Assembly: GCA_035547395.1 (NCBI GenBank) | Contig: DASZVA010000014.1 | Location: 6,609 to 70,608 of the forward strand | Origin: Candidatus Peribacteraceae bacterium | GTDB taxonomy: Bacteria > Patescibacteriota > Gracilibacteria > Peribacterales > Peribacteraceae | DNA: 64,000 nucleotides | Reading direction: 5' to 3' | In this document: piece after piece, positions 42,801 through 51,144 of the stretch | Layout of the letters: each line of letters begins with the position of its first letter | How positions within the stretch are numbered: the stretch's first letter is position 1 | Program-made: the position numbers and the translations under genes | The notes under the pieces: model-generated | What the model was told of the DNA's origin: nothing | The model's database searches: none | The model's input: the letters and a program-made list of their open reading frames with translations, nothing else

Positions 42801-43207
42801 TCTTCCTCCCGATTAAACCAAAGTACGCACTCCAAATTCACCAACTGAACAAGCTCGTCGAATTCCGCAAGGTAGGATTCAAACGAAACAGTGACATTTG
42901 CATTGTTTATGCGAGCAGTCCCGTGAAGAAAATAATTGGCTATTTTGTGATTGAGGAAGTCGCAATGGGTACACCGAACACCATCTGGCGAAAATACGGG
43001 CGGCATGGTTGCATTAGCAGGGCGGAGTTTTACGAATACTTCGGTTCTTCAGAAAAAGCATTCGCAATAAAAATTAAAAGTTATCATGCGCTCGATCAAG
43101 AAGTCGATCCTCAAGAGCGCATTCGTAATTTTCACATACCACAATCCTTCCGCTATTTGTCCGATTCTGAGCAGAGACATTTAATGCCAGAACTTGCACT
43201 CGCCTAA
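42797..43207 (+). CDS. ASCH-domain protein
   Basis: MIFLPIKPKYALQIHQLNKLVEFRKVGFKRNSDICIVYASSPVKKIIGYFVIEEV...IWRKYGRHGCISRAEFYEYF shows the typical ASCH pattern. Its ATG overlaps the upstream stop (ATGA). Confidence 0.75.
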   Translation: MIFLPIKPKYALQIHQLNKLVEFRKVGFKRNSDICIVYASSPVKKIIGYFVIEEVAMGTPNTIWRKYGRHGCISRAEFYEYFGSSEKAFAIKIKSYHALDQEVDPQERIRNFHIPQSFRYLSDSEQRHLMPELALA

Positions 43208-44331
43208 ATAGCTCCAACGAATGCCTTCTGCATGAGAGCATTAAATTGATTATCAATTTCTAGTGATTGTGAAAACATCTTTTCCTTTATTTCCTCCACT
43301 TGAAGAACAATTTTTTGGAATTCATTTTGCAAATTTACAGGAGGAACTATCAAATCCAAATCTCTAAGAATGCGAAGGTTTATGTTTTTTTGTGCAACTT
43401 GTGGTGCATTTTTTTCGATTATCTCTTTTAGAAAAGAAAGCCAATAAAGAACAAAAAGGTTGTTGGTTTTTTCTGGATCGGGAACAAAACCTACAACGCT
43501 GTCTGGAAAGCATGCATCAAAAGTAAGAATTCCTGCATCCGCAATGTTTGCAGCAATCGTAATGCACAGGGTGCCTGTAGGCCATTTTTTGCTTTGCTTC
43601 AGGCCAAAATCAGAATAGGTACTTTTGTAATTTCTTATAAGAATGTTTGATTGGGCGACATCCCCCGTTTGAATTAATGGATGGCTACCCCCAAGGAGCT
43701 CAGGTGCATTACGCGGTCTATGTTTAGATTTGCCTCTGTCCAATGTCCCAAGCTTTCCAAATTTTTCTTTTGGCCAATTTTTAGGATTCGTCACCGGATC
43801 ACCAAACATCTCCATAAACACCGCCTGCACGTACCCATCCAGCAGCTTCATTGACTCCCTACGCTTGCGGCGCAGCGCATCGGCTTGGTTGAGGTAGGAG
43901 ACAATGCGCTTTTGGTCTTCGAGTGGAATCACTGGAATTCGCAAACTCATCAAAGTTTTTTTGTCGATGTGGGGAATTGTTGCGCCTGTAGCTCTGTCAC
44001 GTAGATACTTTGATTTACTCTGTAGAAATCTGCCAAAAAAGCCCACATCAAAGTAGTGGGTGTCGATTTCTAGTCGCGCCAAAGTGCTGCCAATGACTCC
44101 TGATAAGCCGTAGCCGACCGTTCCCGCGTTAGCTCCATCCCATGCAATGATCACATGCTTAGGATGAACCTCCACTCCGCGTGAAGCCGTATACTTTATG
44201 CCATTATCATTCCTCAAATCGCCAATCTGGATGTACCTCACAAATCCATCTGCCGGATTGTGTTGGTAACTTTCGACTTTTTTGCCCTTCCGAATTTTCA
44301 CTATGCCTGCGAGAGCGGCAGAATCAGTCAT
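43204..44331 (-). CDS. hsdS: type I restriction-modification system specificity subunit
   Basis: It has two target-recognition domains separated by the conserved helices (PLEDQKRIVSYLNQADALRRKRRESMKLLDGYVQAVFMEMFGDP; ..PVNLQNEFQKIVLQVEEIKEKM). Its start overlaps the hsdM stop by 8 nt. Confidence 0.9.
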   Translation of the reverse strand: MTDSAALAGIVKIRKGKKVESYQHNPADGFVRYIQIGDLRNDNGIKYTASRGVEVHPKHVIIAWDGANAGTVGYGLSGVIGSTLARLEIDTHYFDVGFFGRFLQSKSKYLRDRATGATIPHIDKKTLMSLRIPVIPLEDQKRIVSYLNQADALRRKRRESMKLLDGYVQAVFMEMFGDPVTNPKNWPKEKFGKLGTLDRGKSKHRPRNAPELLGGSHPLIQTGDVAQSNILIRNYKSTYSDFGLKQSKKWPTGTLCITIAANIADAGILTFDACFPDSVVGFVPDPEKTNNLFVLYWLSFLKEIIEKNAPQVAQKNINLRILRDLDLIVPPVNLQNEFQKIVLQVEEIKEKMFSQSLEIDNQFNALMQKAFVGAI

Positions 44332-45841
44332 GATACGATTTGAGTGAATTGATTCCTGCCATTATTTCACTCTCCAACTTCTCAATCTTCCCCAAAATCA
44401 CCTTTGGCTCCTCATACTGCACCGCCTCGTACGTCACCTCCTTGTAGCGGTTCACACTGAGGTCATATTCGTTGTCTTCGATCTCTTTGCGCGGCACGAG
44501 GAAGCATTTACCGCTGCGGTCGCTCTTGGTTTCCCCGCGCTTCTTCCACTGAGCCACGATGTCGGGGATGTCATTCTGAGCGATGCGCTCTCGCTTGTCG
44601 TCCAGGCTGAAGCCATCTGCTTCCATGTCGTAAAACCAGACGTTCTCCGTCTCGCCGCCCTTCACGAAGACGAGGACAGCGGTACTAACTCCGGCGTACG
44701 GCCTGAAGACGCCGCTCGGCATCGAGATGACTCCTTGCAGCTCGCACTGCTCGATGAGCATCTTGCGGGCCAGCTTGTGCGCATTGCTGGAGCCAAAGAG
44801 CACACCATCGGGCACGATCATCGACGCACGACCGCCAACGCGCAGGGCATTGATGATCCGGTTGATGAACAGCAGTTCCGTCTTCGTCGTCGGAAGCATG
44901 AGCGATTCATTGATGTCACCCTTGTCGATGCTACCCTTGAACGGCGGGTTGGCCATGATCACGTCGTACACGCCTTCCTCCACGTAGTTTTTGGAGAGCG
45001 TATCGCGCTGTTCAATGTTCGGGTGGCTGATCCCGTGCATCATGAGGTTCATGAGGCCGATGCGTACCATCGCCTCGTCCGCGTCGAATCCGTAAAAGGT
45101 CTTCTCCTTCAGATGCTGCCATTGCCGCTCGTCGGTGAGCAGATCACCCACCAAACCACGCGGGAGGCCGTTTGCGTCCGTCACGCGGTGCTTCTCGCTC
45201 GTGTGCTGAGTGAGGATGTGCTGATACGCGCCGAGCAGGAAGCCGCCCGTACCGCAGGCGGGATCGCAGATCGTATCGCCAAGCTGCGGATTCACCAGCT
45301 CACACATCATCTGAATGACGTGGCGCGGCGTGCGGAACTGGCCCAGCTTGCCCGCGCTCGTGATCTCGGACAGCAAATGTTCGTACAGGTCGCCTTGGGT
45401 GTCCTGAAATTCCTGCCCCTCTCTTTGCTCTCGGGAGATTTCTTCGTAGATTTCGTCGATGATGTTCACGGCCTCGACGAGGAGTGATGGCTTGCTGATG
45501 ATGAAAACCGCATTGCCCATGTGCTTTGCATACGGGCTATCGGTGCTGCCGAGGCTCTTGAGGAAGGGAAACACCTTCTTCTGCACGTGGTCGAGCATCG
45601 CGCCGCCTTCCATCTGCTTGAAGTGGCTCCAGCGCAGGTCGTCCTGTCCGGCAAAAAACGATTGGTAGTTTTCGCCCGTGAACTCCGCATCCTGCTTCTT
45701 CGTGAGGTCGAGTTCGTCGAGCCGCTTCATGAATAGCAGGTACGAAATCTGCTCAATCGCCGTGAGCGGGTTAGCGATGCCGCCGCTCCAGAAATTAGTC
45801 CAGAGGCGATCGACAGCGGAGCGGAGTGTGCTATTGAGCAT
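44324..45841 (-). CDS. hsdM: type I restriction-modification system DNA methylase subunit (N6-adenine)
   Basis: The HsdM N-terminal domain is followed by motif I DPACGTGGFL and motif IV MANPPFKG. The start is placed at the internal ATG 45841 (MLNSTLRSAVDRLW...), which overlaps the hsdR end by 11 nt. Confidence 0.92.
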   Translation of the reverse strand: MLNSTLRSAVDRLWTNFWSGGIANPLTAIEQISYLLFMKRLDELDLTKKQDAEFTGENYQSFFAGQDDLRWSHFKQMEGGAMLDHVQKKVFPFLKSLGSTDSPYAKHMGNAVFIISKPSLLVEAVNIIDEIYEEISREQREGQEFQDTQGDLYEHLLSEITSAGKLGQFRTPRHVIQMMCELVNPQLGDTICDPACGTGGFLLGAYQHILTQHTSEKHRVTDANGLPRGLVGDLLTDERQWQHLKEKTFYGFDADEAMVRIGLMNLMMHGISHPNIEQRDTLSKNYVEEGVYDVIMANPPFKGSIDKGDINESLMLPTTKTELLFINRIINALRVGGRASMIVPDGVLFGSSNAHKLARKMLIEQCELQGVISMPSGVFRPYAGVSTAVLVFVKGGETENVWFYDMEADGFSLDDKRERIAQNDIPDIVAQWKKRGETKSDRSGKCFLVPRKEIEDNEYDLSVNRYKEVTYEAVQYEEPKVILGKIEKLESEIMAGINSLKSYHD

Positions 45842-48635
45842 GAGCGAGCAGTGCGTGAGTAAAATCGAGGATTTCCGCGCGCTCCTTTGGCTTGAACAAG
45901 CCAAGGAAGCCCTTCTCGTGGAAGCGCGTGAACGGCTCGCGGGTGAGGTCTTTCTTGTCGAGCCTGCCGTTTTCGATAATGAATGTCTCAAGCGTACGCA
46001 AAAACTGAATCTGCTTCGCGGTCAGCGTGTTGTGATGGACGATGAACTCCGCGAATGCTTCCGACACCTTGTCAGGGAAGGTCTTGAGTTCCCCGATCCC
46101 CATAATGTACCTGATCAAATCGAGAAATTGAACCCTTCTCGCGTTGTACGCCTTCTGCAAGTTCTGCTCGTTGGGATACGGATCGTACTGCTCCAGCGTG
46201 TCGGCAAGCTGCTCCAACTCGTCCTTCGACAGGCTCGCGCCCTTCTTCACTTTCTTGAGGATGGGATTCTCGTCTTCCAGCTTCTTGATGAGCGCTTCCA
46301 CTTTCTCGCGGTACTTCTGCACGGAGACGCGCTCATTGGCAGGGCCGAACTCGATCATCTGCTTTTCAGCGGTGAGGTCGCGCAGGTTCAACTTCTCTTG
46401 GTCGATCTTGAACCCTTCCTCGCGGAACCGCATGAGCGGCGCGAGGCTGTGCACGATCTCTTGCAACTGCGCTTCATCGGCCTTGGGCACAAAGCCCTCA
46501 TTCAGCACTGCCTCGATCAGCTCTTTGTGCTTAGCGACGGTGTTCACGGAAAGCGGCAGATCGGAAATTTTCTCGATGATGACCTGCTCCAGCGTCTCGA
46601 TCTTCTTGGCGTCCGCATTGAGACGGGCGATAGAGAGCTGCAAGACGTTGATTTCGAGGCTCATGGCCTTGAAGTCCTCGTTGCTGCGCGTGCGCATGAG
46701 CGGGGCGATCTCCTTTTGCAAATAGAGCTGCTTCTCGTCATTGAGGTTCTTCCAGAACGCATCGTCCAGCCGTTCGATCTTCGATTTCGCGTCGAGCACC
46801 ACCACGTTGTTATGCGGCAGCTTCTTGATGTCCTCGCGCATGGACGCGATCGTCTCCTCCGCGATCTTCTCCTCCTGCGCCTTCACCGCCGCCGCGTATT
46901 TCTGAAGACGTGTCTCGAAGAGGCGTACGGGCAGGGGCTTCGTGGGGCGTTCCTCTTTGCCCTTCGGATTCATCTGGAAATACTCGAAGTTGCCCCAGCA
47001 GTCGATAATGAGGAAGTGGTCTTTCTTCGTGCACCACGGCTTCATGGCTTTTGGCTCCAGTAGGCGTGTCCCGCGTCCGATCATCTGCCAGAATTTCGTG
47101 TATGAGAACACTGGCTTGGCGAAGACGAGGTTCACGATCTCGCGCACGTCGATGCCGGTATCGAGCATGTCCACGCTGATAGCGATGCGCGGCATGTCGT
47201 TATTCTTGAACTGATCGAGCAGACCGCCCTTGCCGTGGACGCGGCTATCTTCGGACACGAGCACCTTGGCGATCTTGCCCTTCTGCTCCGGGTAGAGATT
47301 GTCGAACATTTCCTGCAACCGCCATGCGTGCTCTTTGGTCATGGCGAAGAAGATCGTCTTGCCCGGCAGCACGCCACTGTCATCCTTGATGCACTCTTCC
47401 ATGAATTCCTCAACGATGAGCGCGTTCGTGCCCTTGTTCGTCACCTTCTTCTCCAAATCCGTGCCCTCGTAGTTGATGTCCTCCAGCTCCTTACCCTCGG
47501 CCAGCAGCTTTTTCTGGTCTTCCAGCGACAGTTTGTCGTGATGGATGCCCTCGGCTTGGAACTTCGTTTGCAATGACATGACCTCAAAGTCACAGAGATA
47601 TGGTGGTTTATTGTTCACGGCTTCCTCATAGGTGTAAGCATAGGTAGGTTCTCCATCGTCACACGAGAACAGATCAAATGTATTGTGGTCGATGGCATCT
47701 GTAGGTGTAGCAGTGAGACCAAGCTGAAGAGAATCGAAGTAATCAAAAATATTCCGGTAGGCGTTATAGATTGAACGATGGCTCTCATCAGCCACGATGA
47801 GGTCAAAGAAATGCGGGGAGAGTGGGCAATCCACCTGCTCGATAATATTGAGCAACATCGGATAGGTCATAGTATAAACTCGGCGATCGGTAGTAATTTC
47901 TTGCTCTCCCTGTTTCGGCCAGAGTGGTGCATTTGGCAAAAATTCACGAAATGCTTCTATCGCCTGATCGCGGAGTGCTATGCGATCGACTAGGAAGAGA
48001 ACTCGTTGTACGCGATTACTGCGCATGAGGACATCGAGTAGAGACACACATGTGCGTGTCTTACCCGTCCCTGTCGCCATAACGAGAAGAAACTTACGTC
48101 GTCCTTTGTCGACACCTTCAAGCACTGAACGGATTGCCTGAATTTGGTAAGGACGATTGGAGATGTCGCGATTGATCAGTTCCTGTGACATTGGCTTAGT
48201 GCTCTCACGCAGGTACAGCATCCTTTCTAAATCTTTACGTGTTGGGAAGCCATAGACCTTGCGAGGTGCATATCGCTCTGTATCCCAGAAAAAAATATCA
48301 TGGCCATTTGTATAAAAGACAAAAGGCATTTCACGACCCGTATTTTTGACAATGTTTTCCGCATATTGCTTCGCTTGTTCCTGCCCAACGCGCGCATCAC
48401 GAGATGTTTTCTTTGCTTCCACGACTGCCAGTGGATAACCATCTTCGCCTAGCAGCGCATAATCAGAAAATTGATGCCCTTGGAATTCATGCATTGGTAC
48501 TTCAATCCCTTCTGGTAAGCCAACCCAGATATCCATCTCAGTCAGGACCTTTGTTGGATCATTGATATCCCATCCAGCTTTTAGCAAGCGCTTGTCAATT
48601 ATCTCACGACGAGTCTTTGCTTCGGATTCGTTCAT
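45831..48635 (-). CDS. hsdR: type I restriction enzyme R subunit (nuclease plus SF2 helicase)
   Basis: The N-terminal PD-(D/E)xK region is followed by helicase motifs MATGTGKT and DESHRS and a C-terminal helical domain. It is 934 aa. Confidence 0.92.
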   Translation of the reverse strand: MNESEAKTRREIIDKRLLKAGWDINDPTKVLTEMDIWVGLPEGIEVPMHEFQGHQFSDYALLGEDGYPLAVVEAKKTSRDARVGQEQAKQYAENIVKNTGREMPFVFYTNGHDIFFWDTERYAPRKVYGFPTRKDLERMLYLRESTKPMSQELINRDISNRPYQIQAIRSVLEGVDKGRRKFLLVMATGTGKTRTCVSLLDVLMRSNRVQRVLFLVDRIALRDQAIEAFREFLPNAPLWPKQGEQEITTDRRVYTMTYPMLLNIIEQVDCPLSPHFFDLIVADESHRSIYNAYRNIFDYFDSLQLGLTATPTDAIDHNTFDLFSCDDGEPTYAYTYEEAVNNKPPYLCDFEVMSLQTKFQAEGIHHDKLSLEDQKKLLAEGKELEDINYEGTDLEKKVTNKGTNALIVEEFMEECIKDDSGVLPGKTIFFAMTKEHAWRLQEMFDNLYPEQKGKIAKVLVSEDSRVHGKGGLLDQFKNNDMPRIAISVDMLDTGIDVREIVNLVFAKPVFSYTKFWQMIGRGTRLLEPKAMKPWCTKKDHFLIIDCWGNFEYFQMNPKGKEERPTKPLPVRLFETRLQKYAAAVKAQEEKIAEETIASMREDIKKLPHNNVVVLDAKSKIERLDDAFWKNLNDEKQLYLQKEIAPLMRTRSNEDFKAMSLEINVLQLSIARLNADAKKIETLEQVIIEKISDLPLSVNTVAKHKELIEAVLNEGFVPKADEAQLQEIVHSLAPLMRFREEGFKIDQEKLNLRDLTAEKQMIEFGPANERVSVQKYREKVEALIKKLEDENPILKKVKKGASLSKDELEQLADTLEQYDPYPNEQNLQKAYNARRVQFLDLIRYIMGIGELKTFPDKVSEAFAEFIVHHNTLTAKQIQFLRTLETFIIENGRLDKKDLTREPFTRFHEKGFLGLFKPKERAEILDFTHALLAHAQ

Positions 48636-48780
48636 CAGAGAAGGGAATTACTGATATTTTAGCGCGCGAATCAGCAAATCGTAATGCCTTTTTGCTATTA
48701 AGAAAAGCCAGAGTCTTTGCACGAATGCCTACTATGGAATGCTCTTTTTCTTTATTATAAATTACTATTTAATCTAATCG

Positions 48781-50484
48781 ATGCCTAAAACCGACATCAA
48801 GGTGAGTGAACTGGTTGAAAAGGTACAGCGGGGAGAACTGCGTCTTCCGGAAATGCAGCGGCGCTATGTATGGTCTGCGACGATGGTTCGTGATCTTCTT
48901 GACTCTCTCTATCGCGGATACCCGTCCGGAACCATTCTTGTATGGGAAACAGATGAAGACATAGAGACTCGCGATTTGGCCGTGGCCCCCACGCGCACGC
49001 CAACGACGACAGGGAAGCTGCTGCTATTGGATGGTCAGCAACGCACCACATCGCTGACATCGATTCTATCGGGAGAACCGGTATGGGTTCGCAACAGACG
49101 TAAGCCCATTGAGATTCTCTTCAATCTTGACCATCCGGCCGGGCCACCGGCAGATGCTCAGGAATTCGGTGAGCCGGATTATTCTGAGGATATCGAAGAT
49201 ATGGAAGACGAAGAGAGTGCAGAGCGGGATATTCAAGAAGAGCTTAAGCAAAAAACATTTGTCGTTGCCAATAAAGCACTGAAAAATAATCCAATTTGGG
49301 TGTCGGTATCGGATATTTTCAAGATGACGGACAGCCAGATTTTACGGGGGCTTGGCATCAACTCAGATAATCCGAAATGGGACATGTACGCGGAGCGTCT
49401 TCAGCAGGTGCGAAAAATAGAAGACTATTCCTACGTCATGCATGTACTTGAGAAAAACATGTCCTACGCGGAAGTGACGGATATTTTCGTCCGCGTGAAC
49501 TCGCAAGGAATCAAATTGCGTGGATCAGATTTAGCCATTGCGCAGATAACATCGAAATGGAAGGGATTCATGCAGACCATAGAAGACTTTGCTAAGGAGT
49601 TTGGCGATGAAGAAAACAGCATACTGGAAGCAGGGTTACCGATTCGCGCATTGGTCGTATTTGCAACACATCAGAGTCGATACAAGACCGTGGGAAAGTT
49701 GAGTCTCGACCAGATGAAAAAAGCATGGGTACAGGCCAAGGAAGCGCTGGAGTTTGCGATTAACTTTGCGCACAGCAACGCCGGCATAGACAGTATCGAT
49801 TATTTATCTGCACCAACGCTGCTGGTTACAATCGGTGTCTATGCGGTACTGAGACAGGGGAAACTGACTGCTGAAGAAACAAAAATGCTCCTTCGTTGGT
49901 TGTACATCGCTCATATGCGCGCTCATTATACGGTCGCATCTTCGGAATCCGTTTTGGATAGTGATCTTTCACTTCTCTTCAAAGGCGGTGATTTGCCTGC
50001 CCTGCTGGAGCAATTACAGCTGCACGTTCGTAAGTTTGAACTGGATCCGGAGGAGGTGAGAGGGAAGGGGATTCGCAGTCCGATTTTCTCAATGCTCTAC
50101 ATCGTCTTAAAGCATCAAGGAGCAAAAGACTGGCTGTCCGGTTTGGACCTTGACCACCACATCGGAAAGGCACATGCCATTCAGTATCATCACATTTTTC
50201 CCAAGGCACTGCTAAAAAAATCCCACTATGAGCCAAAAGAAATCAATCAGATCGCCAACATGGCATTCATTGGCGGCAAAACAAATCGTCATATCATGGA
50301 TAAAGAACCGATCGTCTATATGGAAAATATGGTTCTACCGAAGCAAGGCGAAGGCGCTTTGCATTCGCAATTGATTCCTAGTGATCGATCGCTTTGGAGA
50401 TTAGAAAATTATCCGCAGTTCCTCGAATATCGGACAAAAGCAATTGCTACATGTATCAATGAATTTTTGAGGAAATTCAATTAA
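48781..50484 (+). CDS. GmrSD-like DUF262 (ParB-like NTPase) plus DUF1524 (His-Me finger nuclease) protein; putative type IV modification-dependent restriction enzyme
   Basis: The N-terminus has LRLPEMQRRYVW......LLDSLYRGYPSGTILVW and DGQQRTTSL. The C-terminus has HHIFPKALL....NMAFIGGKTNRHI. Confidence 0.8.
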   Translation: MPKTDIKVSELVEKVQRGELRLPEMQRRYVWSATMVRDLLDSLYRGYPSGTILVWETDEDIETRDLAVAPTRTPTTTGKLLLLDGQQRTTSLTSILSGEPVWVRNRRKPIEILFNLDHPAGPPADAQEFGEPDYSEDIEDMEDEESAERDIQEELKQKTFVVANKALKNNPIWVSVSDIFKMTDSQILRGLGINSDNPKWDMYAERLQQVRKIEDYSYVMHVLEKNMSYAEVTDIFVRVNSQGIKLRGSDLAIAQITSKWKGFMQTIEDFAKEFGDEENSILEAGLPIRALVVFATHQSRYKTVGKLSLDQMKKAWVQAKEALEFAINFAHSNAGIDSIDYLSAPTLLVTIGVYAVLRQGKLTAEETKMLLRWLYIAHMRAHYTVASSESVLDSDLSLLFKGGDLPALLEQLQLHVRKFELDPEEVRGKGIRSPIFSMLYIVLKHQGAKDWLSGLDLDHHIGKAHAIQYHHIFPKALLKKSHYEPKEINQIANMAFIGGKTNRHIMDKEPIVYMENMVLPKQGEGALHSQLIPSDRSLWRLENYPQFLEYRTKAIATCINEFLRKFN

Positions 50485-50567
50485 CACCCCTTTGCACCGA
50501 TCTAATATGACATTGCACAAAACCCGAAGCTTCCGCCCCGGGTTTAGATTCATATGTAGAAAAATGA

Positions 50568-51029
50568 TTAGTCTTTCTTCTCCACCTTCTCTGCCTCGAC
50601 CACCACCGAGAGGGGAACGCTTTGATCGTTCAGCTTGAGCTGCACGGTGTGCGTGCCGGTCGACTTGATGGGTTCGTCAAGGAGGACGGACTGCTCCGGC
50701 AGATCCAGCGAGAGCTGTTCCTTGAGAGCTTCCACGATCGCGCCCTTGTTGATGGCGGCGTAAAGCTTGCCGGTCTTGGTCACCTTGCGGGTGAAGCTGA
50801 GCTGCTGGCCCGTTAGCGCCTTGGCGGTCGATGCCTGCGCGGACTTTTCCTTCTCACGCTCTTCTGCTCTGCGGCGGATGAGATCCGCGTAGCGCTTGCG
50901 CACGAGCGGTGTTGCAACCAACGCGGCGCGGCGGGGGAGGAGGAAGTTCAGAGCGTAACCGTCTCCGACGACCAGTAAATCATTCTTCTTTCCGATGCCT
51001 GCGATGTCTTGGAGGAGTAATACTTCCAT
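50568..51029 (-). CDS. rplI: 50S ribosomal protein L9
   Basis: MEVLLLQDIAGIGKKNDLLVVGDGYALNFLLPRRAALVATP... 153 aa. Confidence 0.9.
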   Translation of the reverse strand: MEVLLLQDIAGIGKKNDLLVVGDGYALNFLLPRRAALVATPLVRKRYADLIRRRAEEREKEKSAQASTAKALTGQQLSFTRKVTKTGKLYAAINKGAIVEALKEQLSLDLPEQSVLLDEPIKSTGTHTVQLKLNDQSVPLSVVVEAEKVEKKD

Positions 51030-51144
51030 TGGTGCTACGTAAGTGAAATGAGCTAAAAGATCCTACGGCAAGTAGGACGATGCGTCAATGGTAGCGGGGG
51101 TATGGTGCATCAACTGATGAGACGCTTTTTTCGCCTTTCTCTTG

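Noticed and set aside
45842-45991. A 50-aa N-terminal extension of hsdM (MRHSLSKTAGSTRKTSPASRSRAS...).
   Set aside because: It lies inside the hsdR 3' coding region and is an Arg/Ser-rich shadow sequence. The conserved HsdM N-terminus begins at MLNSTLRSAVDRLW (ATG 45841).
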